The notes under the pieces were generated by a model. It was not told the origin of the DNA. It did not search any database and saw nothing but the letters and a program-made list of their open reading frames with translations. The translations under genes and the position numbers were made by a program. A DNA stretch of 57,999 nucleotides, the filler included, from Moniliella sp. 'wahieum' (lineage: Eukaryota), in NCBI GenBank assembly GCA_003971905.1. It is 3 parts of 3 records of this genome, joined end to end, with 100 filler letters (N's around TTAATTAATTAA, not from the genome) between each part and the next. Parts side by side here need not be neighbours in the genome. Positions count along the whole stretch, not along the records: positions 18,901 to 37,391 come from RSEE01000199.1; positions 37,492 to 57,999 come from RSEE01000200.1; 1 more part is not named here. The stretch is one strand, 5' to 3'. Of this stretch, positions 36,001-48,053 are shown in pieces (within the stretch, counting starts at the first letter, position 1; each line of letters begins with the position of its first letter).

Positions 36001-37391
36001 TGAGCGGACGGAACGAGCGGAACGATGGGACCGAACGGAGCGGGCCGCTCCACCTTCGGCTTGGTCCTCGCGCTACCCTTCCACGCCGGGACGGGGTGCC
36101 ACAACCGCCCTGCCGTCTCCCAGGCATCCGACAGCCCCTCGGCTATGGTGGCGAACGAGGAACGTTGGCCCTCCGCTCGTCCCGGGGGCAGGAGAGATTT
36201 CGGAGGAAGTGTTGGCACAGTTGTGGCATTTTGGCAGGATCCTCTCCAGCACGGTCGGTGGTATCGCGCGGTCCCAGGCGTTGTTTTCAGGCGGCGTCCA
36301 ATCCACCACGACAGTTGCTAAGGGCAGCGCCGGTGTACCAGGTGGTCACTGCGAGTGGGATCAAAGACCGATTCTGTTTGTGTTCAACGATATGATTGTG
36401 CTAGCCAAACCGCTCGCGTCACCCGATGGGGAGTGTGCGGTGCTCGGTATGGCGGATCTGAGGGACGTTCAGCGTCAAGGCTGTCCTCGATTTGCGAACG
36501 GTGCGGCTGTCGATACCCAAGGAGCCGGCCACGGAGAGTGGGCGCCCGCATCCGTTAATGAAGTCGCTCGTCAGTCGCTTTGCGCGCGATGCCGAGGGCG
36601 CAATGCAGGATGTGCTGATGCGCCGGATTGCCTCATACGCCGACCATTGCGAACTTCTAGCTCAGACACCCGACCTGGACAAGGATGTGTTGACCTCCTA
36701 CTTGTGTACCCCGGCATGCGGATGGCTGGATGCCTACCTTGCCTCTCAGCGGCTGATGGGCGTCTCGTGGAAAGCGCACTGCGGGCGCTCCTATTGGATA
36801 TCCGGTTGCCTTCGCGATACCGGAGATGGAGCGGCTTCTGCGCGCCTTCGCGAGCCGATGGGTCGAGTCAATGCTTCGCTCATCAAACCCGGCTTCACAA
36901 GAGACATTGCTGCTATCTTGGTCCTGGCCATGTCCGATGAACGATGCGATGCACGCGGGCGCGAAATGGAGGGGCAGGGATGGCCCCGGGTACGTCTACC
37001 GGACGGGGACACTTATTATGTCAACCCACGCTCCGATGCATTTGTCGCTCGCGTTCGGGCGCAAGATGGGGCCACGTGTTGTCCGATGCCACGCTCTTCG
37101 GATTATGCATCATCCACAGAACCCTGGCCACGGCCTTGTCCTCCACCGAGCCTCTCCCTCCCCATCTTCTCGCCTCGCCTTTGCCCTCGATACTCGTCTA
37201 CAACAGCCAAGTGCCCCTGTCACGGTGGTGATCCCGCACGCGGACGGGACTTTGCGATTCGGCTCTATGGCAACGACATCCGCTTTGATCTCCCGTCCTG
37301 AGCTTACGCATCGGCCCCACTGCAGCGTTACGATGCAGTCGCGCACGTTGGGGCCCAAACAGGTAGTCTTTGTGGGCTGGGCGCAACAGTC
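33077..37391 (+). CDS. Large low-complexity protein with PH-like and divergent Sec7-like domains, cut by the contig end
   Basis: RPILFVFNDMIVLAKPL (PH-like); VESALRALLLDIRLP..MERLLRAFASRW and AILVLAM..NDAMH (Sec7-like); start uncertain, may be more than one gene. Confidence 0.6.
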
Positions 37392-37491
37392 NNNNNNNNN
37401 NNNNNNNNNNNNNNNNNNNNNNNNNNNNNNNNNNNTTAATTAATTAANNNNNNNNNNNNNNNNNNNNNNNNNNNNNNNNNNNNNNNNNNNN
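37392..37491. other. Artificial contig linker N44-TTAATTAATTAA-N44
   Basis: Same structure as 18801-18900. Confidence 0.97.
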
Positions 37492-40400
37492 AGAGTTATG
37501 CCGAGGCGAGATAGCGAGGCTACCCGAAGGGGGAGAGAGTTATGCCGAGGCGATAGCGAGCTACCCGAAGGGGAGAGAGAGAGTTATGCCGAGGCGATAG
37601 CGAGCTACCCGAAGGGGAGAGAGTTATGCCGAGGCGATAGCGAGCTACCGAAGGGGAGAGAGTTATGCCGAGGCGATAGCGAGCTACCCGAAGGGGAGAG
37701 AGTTATGCCGAGGCGATAGCGAGCTACCCGAAGGGGAGAGAGTTATGCCGAGGGCGGCGATAGCGAGCTACCCGAAGGGGAGAGAGTTATGCCGAGGCGA
37801 TAGCGAGCTACCCGAAGGGGAGAGAGTTATGCCGAGGCGATAGCGAGCTACCGAAGGGGAGAGAGTTATGCCGAGGCGATAGCGAGCTACCCGAAAGGGA
37901 GAGAGAGAGTTATGCCGAGGCGATAGCGAGCTACCCGAAGGGGAGAGAGTTATGCGAGGCGGCGATAGCGAGCTACCCGAAGGGGAGAGAGTTATGCCGA
38001 GGCGATAGCGAGCTACCCGAAGGGGAGAGAGTTATGCCGAGGCGATAGCGAGCTACCGAAGGGGAGAGAGTTATGCCGAGGCGATAGCGAGCTACCCGAA
38101 GGGGAGAGGTTATGCCGAGGCGATAGCGAGCTACCCGAAGGGGAGAGAGTTATGCCGAGGCGATAGCGAGCTACCCGAAGGGGAGAGAGTTATGCCGAGG
38201 CGATAGCGAGCTACCCGAAGGGGAGAGAGTTATGCCGAGGCGATAGCGAGCTACCCGAAGGGGAGAGAGTTATGCCGAGGCGATAGCGAGCTACCCGAAG
38301 GGGAGAGAGTTATGCCGAGGCGATAGCGAGCTACCCGAAGGGGAGAGAGTTATGCCGAGGCGATAGCGAGCTACCCGAAGGGAGAGAGTTATGCCGAGGC
38401 GATAGCGAGCTACCGAAGGGGAGAGAGTTATGCCGAGGCGATAGCGAGCTACCCGAAGGGGAGAGAGTTATGCCGAGGCGATAGCGAGCTACCCGAAGGG
38501 GAGAGAGTTATGCCGAGGCGATAGCGAGCTACCCGAAGGGGAGAGAGTTATGCCGAGGCGATAGCGAGCTACGAAGGGGAGAGAGTTATGCCGAGGCGAT
38601 AGCGAGCTACCCGAAGGGGAGAGAGTTATGCCGAGGCGATAGCGAGCTACCCGAAGGGGAGAGAGTTATGCCGAGGCGATAGCGAGCTACCCGAAGGGGA
38701 CGAAGGGGAGAGAGTTATGCCGAGGCGATAGCGAGCTACCGAAGGGGAGAGAGTTATGCCGAGGCGATAGCGAGCTACCCGAAGGGGGAGGAGAGAGTTA
38801 TGCCGAGGCGATAGCGAGCTACCCGAAGGGGAGAGAGGTTATGCCGAGGCGATAGCGAGCTACCCGAAGGGGAGAGAGTTATGCCGAGGCGATAGCGAGC
38901 TACCCGAAGGGGAGAGAGTTATGCCGAGGCGATAGCGAGCTACCCGAAGGGGAGAGAGTTATGCCGAGGCGATAGCGAGCTACCGAAGGGGAGAGAGTTA
39001 TGCCGAGGCGATAGCGAGCTACCCGAAGGGGAGAGAGTTATGCCGAGGCGATAGCGAGCTACCCGAAGGGGAGAGAGTTATGCCGAGGCGATAGCGAGCT
39101 ACCCGAAGGGGAGAGAGTTATGCCGAGGCGATAGCGAGCTACCCGAAGGAGGAGAGAGAGTTATGCCGAGGCGATAGCGAGCTACCCGAAGGGGAGAGAG
39201 TTATGCCGAGGCGATAGCGAGCTACCGAAGGGGAGAGAGTTATGCCGAGGCGATAGCGAGCTACCCGAAGGGGAGAGAGTTATGCCGAGGCGATAGCGAG
39301 CTACCCGAAGGGGAGAGAGTTATGCCGAGGCGATAGCGAGCTACCCGAAGGGAGGAGAGGAGTTATGCCGAGGCGATAGCGAGCTACCCGAAGGGGAGAG
39401 AGTTATGCCGAGGCGATAGCGAGCTACCCGAAGGGGAGAGAGTTATGCCGAGGCGATAGCGAGCTACCCGAAGGGGAGAGAGTTATGCCGAGGCGATAGC
39501 GAGCTACCCGAAGGGGAGAGAGTTATGCCGAGGCGATAGCGAGCTACCCGAAGGGGAGAGAGTTATGCCGAGGCGATAGCGAGCTACCCGAAGGAGGAGA
39601 GAGTTATGCCGAGGCGATAGCGAGCTACCCGAAGGGGAGAGAGGGGAGAGAGTTATGCCGAGGCGATAGCGAGCTACCGAAGGGGAGAGAGTTATGCCGA
39701 GGCGATAGCGAGCTACCCGAAGGGGAGAGAGTTATGCCGAGGCGATAGCGAGCTACCCGAAGGGAGGGGAGAGAGTTATGCCGAGGCGATAGCGAGCTAC
39801 CCGAAGGGGAGAGAGTTATGCCGAGGCGATAGCGAGCTACCCGAAGGGGAGAGAGAGTTATGCCGAGGCGATAGCGAGCTACCCGAAGGGGAGAGAGTTA
39901 TGCCGAGGCGATAGCGAGCTACCCGAAGGGGAGAGAGTTATGCCGAGGCGATAGCGAGCTACCCGAAGGGGAGAGAGTTATGCGAGGCGATAGCGAGCTA
40001 CCCGAAGGGGAGAGAGTTATGCCGAGGCGATAGCGAGCTACCCGAAGGGGAGAGAGTTATGCCGAGGCGATAGCGAGCTACCCGAAGGGGAGAGAGTTAT
40101 GCCGAGGCGATAGCGAGCTACCCGAAGGGGAGAGAGTTATGCCGAGGCGATAGCGAGCTACCGAAGGGGAGAGAGTTATGCCGAGGCGATAGCGAGCTAC
40201 CCGAAGGGGAGAGAGTTATGCCGAGGCGATAGCGAGCTACCCGAAGGGGAGAGAGTTATGCCGAGGCGATAGCGAGCTACCCGAAGGGGAGAGAGTTATG
40301 CCGAGGCGATAGCGAGCTACCCGAAGGGGAGAGAGTTATGCCGAGGCGATAGCGAGCTACCGAGAGGGGAGAGAGTTATGCCGAGGCGATAGCGAGCTAC

Positions 40401-41360
40401 CGAAGGGGGAGAGAGTTATGCCGAGGCGATAGCGAGCTACCGAAGGGGAGAGAGTTATGCCGAGGCGATAGCGAGCTACCCGAAGGGGAGAGAGTTATGC
40501 CGAGGCGATAGCGAGCTACCCGAAGGGGAGAGAGTTATGCCGAGGCGATAGCGAGCTACCCGAAGGGGAGAGAGTTATGCCGAGGCGATAGCGAGCTACC
40601 CGAAGGGGGGAGAGAGTTATGCCGAGGCGATAGCGAGCTACCGAAGGGGAGAGAGTTATGCCGAGGCGATAGCTCGCTACCCGAAGGGGAGAGAGTTATG
40701 CCGAGGCGATAGCTCGCTACCCGAAGGGGAGAGAGTTATGCCGAGGCGATAGCTCGCTACCCGAAGGGGAGAGAGTTATGCCGAGGCGATAGCTCGCTAC
40801 CCGAAGGGGAGAGAGTTATGCCGAGGCGATAGCTCGCTACCCGAAGGGGAGAGAGTTATGCCGAGGCGATAGCTCGCTACCCGAAGGGGGAGAGAGTTAT
40901 GCCGAGGCGATAGCTCGCTACCGAAGGGGAGAGAGTTATGCCGAGGCGATAGCTCGCTACCCGAAGGGGAGAGAGTTATGCCGAGGCGATAGCTCGCTAC
41001 CCGAAGGGGAGAGAGTTATGCCGAGGCGATAGCTCGCTACCCGAAGGGGAGAGAGTTATGCCCGAGGCGATAGCTCGCTACCCGAAGGGGAGAGAGTTAT
41101 GCCGAGGCGATAGCTCGCTACCCGAAGGGGAGAGAGTTATGCCGAGGCGATAGCTCGCTACCCGAAGGGGAGAGAGTTATGCCGAGGCGATAGCTCGCTA
41201 CCGAAGGGGAGAGAGTTATGCCGAGGCGATAGCTCGCTACCCGAAGGGGAGAGAGTTATGCCGAGGCGATAGCTCGCTACCCGAAGGGGAGAGAGTTATG
41301 CCGAGGCGATAGCTCGCTACCCGAAGGGGAGAGAGTTATGCCGAGGCGATAGCTCGCTAC
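37492..41360 (+). repeat. 40-bp subtelomeric satellite, ~97 units, GAGTTATGCCGAGGCGATAGC(GA/TC)GCTACCCGAAGGGGAGA
   Basis: Near-identical tandem units over ~3.87 kb running into the gap; ~79 GA-type then 18 TC-type units. Confidence 0.98.
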
Positions 41361-41742
41361 GAAATCGTCCGCTCTATGCAGCATATGGCCTCCGTTTCTC
41401 GATTGGACGCACCCTTGACAAGTTACACCCACCCATCCCTAACCCTACCCAACCCGACCCACAACACCCACCCTCCGATGGCCTCGACGATAGCTCGCTA
41501 GGAAATCGTCCGCTCGTTGCAGCATATGGCCTCCGTTTCTCGATTGGACGCACCCTTGACAAGTTACACCCACCCATCCCTAACCCTACCCAACCCGACC
41601 CACAACACCCACCCTCCGATGGCCTCGACGATAGCTCGCTACGAAATCGTCCGCTCTATGCAGCATATGGCCTCCGTTTCTCGATTGGACGCACCCTTGA
41701 CAAGTTACACCCACCCATCCCTAACCCTACCCAACCCGACCC
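41348..41742 (-). repeat. 141-bp subtelomeric tandem repeat, ~2.8 units, with degenerate CCCTAA tract
   Basis: gatagctcgcta recurs at 41348, 41489 and 41630; contains cccacccatccctaaccctacccaacccgaccc; same family as 18324-18718. Confidence 0.95.
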
Positions 41743-42672
41743 GTGGTCTAGAGATGGTAGGCATCCTGTTGATAGTGCGCTTGGACACTGCCTCTTCTGT
41801 TCCACGGTATGTTTGGCTATTATATACGAACCTATACTCCTGTCATAGCATCCTGTACGGCTGTATAGTCACGTGGAAAGACTCTGATCTGGGAGACACC
41901 TACTATTAGTCTCTAAAGCACAGAACAATCAGCGGCGGGTAATTGAATCAAAAGTATCGAGGTGAGCGAGAGGTAAGGGAAGAGGAAGGAGAGGTGGTGG
42001 CGAAGAGGGGGCAGTACAACCAATGGGACAGGGGGCGCGCAAGTGGCCCGCAGGCCTGCGCGCGGCAACTCTACGGTCTAGTTTTCACAACCACGGCTAC
42101 TATCAGGTCAGCGACACCCCAGACGACTTCGCAATATGATACCTCTCCTCAAAATCCCATCCTCCGTTGTCTTCCTCCGGAAGGGAATGACGCGCACATA
42201 CAAAAACAGTTTCCATCACCGTTCACCCCCCCCACCTACTCCGTCGCTCCCTTACCCTTTGTATCTGTCGCACACTTAGATGAGTTTGAACGGACACGAT
42301 AGAAAACATCCATAGCACGCACCAGGAGCTACGCCCCTGGACAAAAGATGGCGTGAGAACAACAAGGGCCCAGAAGAGGCAACTCAAGAGATGGGTGGGG
42401 CAATAGAAGAGAAAAGGGTAAATTGTAATCCGTGGTAAAGGTAGTAGTGGAACCGAAACAACTAGCAAAAACACGACCATCTCCTTAGGGTAAATTGCAG
42501 ACACGGCGAGATCAGCAAAGCAAAAAAAGAACGCAACAAAACAAAACAAATCAAAGAGACGTGGATAGAGGGAGAGAAAGTGTGTAGCAAACAAGCGTGG
42601 CGCAGAACAGCGCAGGAAAAGAAGTGGCAAAGAGGATCGTGCCATCAAGTTGAGATAGTTTTCTCTAGGAGC

Positions 42673-44051
42673 TTAGAACAAGGCCACCGCCCCAGCGGCT
42701 GAACCCGTGAAGAGGAGCGCGGTCAAGAATGGGGGGGGCGAGAAAGCAGCGGCACTGGAAGGTTTGTTGGTGCCAGAGGGCGTAGGAGAATTACTTGAGG
42801 AGGGGAATGAAGAGGTGGTGGTGGTGTGGCTCTGCGCAGAAACCGTGGCGTTGGCGCTCCATCCCGCCGGCCTCCATCCAGTAGGTAATGTGCTCGACGA
42901 AAACAGCGCAGCGCGGCCTTCGGTCGAGCCAAAGACCAAGTTTGGGTCATGGTCGGCTTGTTCAATCACAATCAACTGGTGGGCAATGGAGTGCTGGGTA
43001 ACGTTGCTCCAGTCAGGTAAGTTGGTATAGGTGGCATTGAAGCCAGTCATGTCAAAGTCGGTGCCGGCGAGGGTGTTGATGTACTTCCAGTATGCCAAGT
43101 TGCGGTCGCGTCGCTTGTTCCCGCCTTGCAGCTGGGCCATGCAGTACTGGTCCCCGGACGCATCCATCTTGCAGCCCGATCATGGACACGACATCGCGTT
43201 GGGTGTACCTGGCGAAATACTCAATCGGCGCCTTGCCGCCAGTGGGCATGATGTCGGTAAAGTTCGAAAACCCGTACCGGAAGTAATCAAACCAAGGGCA
43301 GCTCGTTGTTTGCGATCGAGGGGTCGACAGCGGGTCGGTCTTGGGTAAAGTACAAACTGGATGAAGGGTCGCCGTAAATGTAACGAACGTGGATGTTGAG
43401 GGAGGATCGTTGCCAAGAACGGCATAGCGTTGCATCAGCTGCCCCCCGCCCCGTGCCCGACCAGCGTCACGTTCTTCATGGCGGGGGGTACTTGGTCCTG
43501 TTGCTAAACTCGGTGACAAACGCATCCAGCACATCGAACGCGGATGACTTGGTCCCACTGGGGTGGGTCGCAATCTCACCAGCCTGCCACGCATTGACGT
43601 CGCCCCAGGCAAGCACATTGTCTGCATACTCTCCCGAATTGAAGACGGGTCGAATAGTACTGTGGCGCCGTGACGATCGTGTTGACGTTGGCACTGGGGA
43701 TGCTGGCATTGATGGCGGTCACCAGCGCATTCTCCATGGTTTGCCAGTACGCGTTGCCATTGCGCAGACGGCCGTGGACCATGACAAAGGCCTGCTCGGC
43801 GAGAAGGTTGGAAGAGGGGTGGACCAAAAGACATTGATTTGGTCGCCGGCCGTGCCAACGGGAAGGGTGGTCAGGACGGAGCCGGCGGGGACAGAGACGG
43901 GATTGTGGTCCTCGCCCTCGTTACTCTTGCCCCCAGACATGACCGTGGACGCATCGCGCGCGACCAAGCCGGCATGCTGGGAGGAGGAAGCGGTAACCGC
44001 TGCGATGGAAGCGAGGGCCAGGAGGAGGGGGCAAAGGACAGCAGGGAGCAT
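42673..44051 (-). CDS. Secreted, probably GPI-anchored alpha/beta-hydrolase-fold protein
   Basis: Signal peptide MLPAVLCPLLLALASIAAVTA; FVMVHGRLRNGNAYW; IVTAPQY; SAFDVLD; VTLVGHGAGGQLMQRYA; DQYCMAQLQGGNKRRDR; ADHD; S/T-rich stalk and hydrophobic C-terminus; no obvious introns. Confidence 0.8.
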
Positions 44052-46590
44052 AGCGAGAGTGGGAGGGAGGGGGAGGGGGGGAAGGGGAGAAGAGGGAGAG
44101 GGAGAGGGTGGAAGGGAAAGAGGGCGGGAACGCGGGCGAGGGACAAGGAATGGGGGCGGCAATAAACGAATGGGGTCGGGCTGGCGGCGAGAGAAGGCAG
44201 AGGCAGGTTGGACTTGGGAGGGCACAGGACGCGAGCCGATTAATGGTTAGACGTCGTCGCAAGCATACGTAGCCAATATAATGCCTACCCGCTAGCACGC
44301 CAGCCAGTGAGACCAGGACGCAGAAGGCGAGCGTCAGCGGTGGGGGTGTCGACGGCTGATGGCGGGAATTGGGTGTGGCATGTCGATAAGATAGAACTGT
44401 GGCTGCCCAGCGCTTTTTTGGTCACGTGCCAGCGATAAAACTTTATTAGCGCGTAGCAGCAGCGAGGCGCTCGGGGACGAGAGCGGAGGAAGCACACTCG
44501 AGCGCGGCCGAGGAATCGAGGCAGGTAGGAGGCGTATCACATGCATGTCACATGCCACTGCCTGCGGCAGGCTGCGACCACCTGGCCCCAGGCACACACG
44601 CCGTCGGGTTGCGATGGACCAGCTGTGCGCTGCCGGCCGGGTGCCTGGTGCGCACCTCGTCCCATTGCGTACCTGCCGCCTGCGCCACTGAGCACTGGGC
44701 CACTGCCTGCCCCTGCTCCACCGCCCCATTCACTGTTGCATCTCTCGGCTGATGCTGCCGGCCTGACCGGTCAGGTGACCGTCACCTTAGGGAGCCTGTA
44801 CCCGCGTGTGCCTGGTCGAAAGCACACGTGCCACAATACTCAAATGTAATATTACCTACCCATTCAGGCTGCACTCGCGCCAACATCCAGCTGGCTCTCG
44901 CCAGGCTGACACTGGTACTGACCATCACTAGGCGGCAAGCACCAACTGGAGCCTACTGAGCTTGGCTACGCTGAGCCTGCCGGCGCCGACGGACGGCACC
45001 GCTCATCGTCGCCATTGTTGCTTCTGTCCTTGCGATGGTCACCGTGGTTTTGCTGACCGCTCCGACAGCGCCCATGCGCCAGGGCGCAAAAAGGCAGGTC
45101 CCGCCATGGCTGGCGCCAATGACTTCGATGGGACTTTTGCCTCTGCCCCCGCGTCGCTGTTCACACAGTCACGGCAAATGGAGGGTTACGCTTTACGGCG
45201 GCCGATGAGGGCGAGTAATGCAGTAGTGGTTAATCCTGATACCCACAGACCAGTCCCTTGCACTGCAGAGGTATGGAAGAACGAGGACACGTTGGCCTGC
45301 CGGACGGCCCACTGTAGAGGGGTTCTTGTGCCCCAACAGCCAAGGACAGGCGCACGGTAACAGGGATACAGGGAAGACACGCCTTTCTGTCTCCCTATTC
45401 TGGGAAAGCACTACCACAGCTCTTCCATTTCCTCTCAACATCACCAGGTATACGCCCACAAACGGACCCAGTTCTGACTTCCCGCCAGCCGCCCACATCG
45501 GCCAGCGCTTATATTCCCCTAGAGGCTGCGGGAAACCACCTACCAAGACTTGGTCCGCTCGACCTTCATTCTTAACGTACTCGCCGCGAACGCTCGTTCC
45601 GATTCCGGCACAGGCCGCACTTCGCTTCGCCCTTCCCAAGCCTCCCACCAACTTGCTTGTTAACGTCACTGTGGGGTTGCCCGAAAGCCTTTTGTCACCT
45701 CCGCTGCCTCGCCCAGGCGGGCTACTGCTTCCATCCCTTCCCCTAGCCTACAAAATGGGAGGCGGACATTCACGGCGGGGGTATATCATGCAACCCTTTT
45801 GCAAACTAGCCCCGGCGCTTCCTTATTGCAATCTGTAAAAGACGTACTCTGCTCGCAAGACTCGCTGGGTGCGTTCAAGATGGCTGAATGTATCAGCTCC
45901 ACACCTCAGCGCCGAGGCTGCAATGTCCTCCGGCGTGAGGCACCCGCTCTTGTACCCCCCATGAAAACACTGTCCTGAGTCGAGCTTCTTGTGGCTGCTG
46001 GGCATTGGCGCCTTATCACGCCGTCCAGCTACCCTTGCTCATCGACCTCACCGGTCTCATCCACCCGCCCATCAGTTGCCACTGGTCCCAAGGTCCAGAC
46101 AGAAGCACAATCACGCGTAACCAGGCGTAATCACGGCGCCTAGCCGGCGGTCTTTTCTCTACTTCGAACAATGATGCGTGCGGATGCGTGTGGACGGACG
46201 CACCGTCGCCATCTGCCCCCTTGCGTGCACAGGCCAACAAGGGCAGCGTTGAACGTTGAACGGTTGAACAACCAGCGCGGGCGTACGCTTCAGCCTGCCG
46301 GAAAAACTACCTCACGACGGCCCTAAGTTTACAGCCACGTCCCCACCCCACACGAGGCCGTTGGGACGAGGTATTAAAGTAGCCTCGCCACCACCGTGCG
46401 CCCATGGCCGTAGAGGTCGGCATGCGCGCAGGTGCACCCAACCCTACAATTCGGCCCGCCAGCAGCTTGTAATCGATAATCTCCGTATCTATCACCGGTA
46501 TCACCGATGATGCCATCCCTGTGCACGCTTGTACTGACAGCACTGATACTGCCACTGGCAGCTGCTTCCCACCACCGTCTCCTCCGCGCC

Positions 46591-47750
46591 ATGGCCAGCC
46601 CCCCATCCCAACATCCAGCCGACGCCGCTCGAGCTGGAGCATCTTCCGCCGCCTCTCCACCTCGGCCGCCTCTGCGCCTTCAGACGCGCTGTCCGATGAT
46701 GTGCGCCTGTCTCCACCCGCCAACGGTGGAGTGGCGTTTGGACGACGGATCTCAGGTCGCGTGCGCCGCCGCCACTCTACAACCGAGGACCGTATGGGGC
46801 TCTCTGCGTCGGCCCCAGCCCCCATACGAATCCACCCTGCTTCGACGGATGACAGTCCGCCCTTGTATCACGACCTCACTGTGTGCCTCCCTCCCATGCA
46901 GAGGCCCTAGGGGAAGGAACCAGTGCCTCCTCGCTGCCGCGCCGCGCTTCCGAACCCGGCCTGCCTCCTTTGCCCCTCCCAACAATCTGTCCGACTTGGC
47001 TACCATTGTTGATGAGGCCGGTCCCGACGAAGAGCTGCCGGCTTACAACCAGGACCGGTTTGTGCAGAATGCTACGGTCAAGTTGCATATTGCCACCCAG
47101 GGCCGTCTTCGGCCAGAATTGGTGGTTTTGGTACGCTTTATCGTTCTTCAATCGTAGACCGTTCTGACACATCTAGCACAGGACAATGATGGCAATCTGG
47201 TTTTCAAAACGGAGGTAGATCATGGTCCATCGCAAAGTACTCGCCGATGGGCATTACACGGGTTGCCCATCACGACGTGGATCAAAGATGAAGGGGGTAC
47301 CCGCCCTGTGTCTGATCCAAGGTCCAAGGGTCATGGATTTCACAGCTCGTTCGCCGCTTAACCAAGATCTCATATTCCGCTTGGTTCCTGACAATCTGTT
47401 CAACCCGGGCGCCCACGTTCGCTTCACACCGCACCAGCGCTATACCCATCTTGACGTCAAGCGGACCACCCAGGGCAGTTGGTCCATCCAGACTCACCCT
47501 TCTGGGCGTATTGTGGGCAAGGTGGACAAGAATGTAGGATTTCGGCGCAATTTGCGAATTACTGGTACGTCCCCTCTCCCCTGGAGGCTATAGCACCGAC
47601 ATGAACTGACCTCGCTAGGTAGTCGCCGGGCGAATCTTTTCTGCTCGTCACGGCCATTGCATTGGCCATGCGGGAGCCTAGCTACTACGACATTAGACTC
47701 CCGGGCCCGCTCATGCCGTACTCCTGGGCTATCTCGGGTCTCCCCACTGA
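46591..47750 (+). CDS. Hypothetical intron-containing protein (P/S-rich N-terminus, LPAY motif, beta-rich C-terminal domain)
   Basis: DEELPAYNQDRF..; GTACGC..CTGAC..CAG intron near 47131-47180; GTACGT..CTGAC..TAG intron near 47565-47618; boundaries approximate. Confidence 0.45.
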
Positions 47751-48053
47751 TTTGGATTAGCCAGCAACCGAGGATCCATGATCACTTACCACTGCAGAGA
47801 CAGACTTGGAGCAGCCATGCATGCTTCCCTCTACCTGCCTCTTTTGTTTTTGCGCTGTCCAGATCCCCCCCCCCCCCCCCCGCCACCTGGTGTCCCCCCC
47901 CTGTTGTTATCTGTGCCGGAATCGCCCTTTATTCCATAGACGCCTCTACTGAAATAACCTATGCTTGCGCACCCTACTGCATTTTGCTCCGCAACCACAC
48001 CCATCTGAGCAGTCTGGCAATAGGAATGTCTACTGGAGAAGCGATGGCATTAG

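Noticed and set aside
37492..41742. CRISPR array
   Set aside because: No unique spacers, no cas genes, eukaryotic context; these are tandem satellites
41348..41742. Hammerhead ribozyme in the 141-bp repeat
   Set aside because: A stem and GAAA are present but there is no CTGANGA core in the right position
44962..46240. Short Cys-containing ORFs here, and short ORFs at 9.5-10.3 kb, 24.9-25.7 kb and 29.6-30.9 kb
   Set aside because: No recognisable family or consistent exon structure; cannot be supported without homology search
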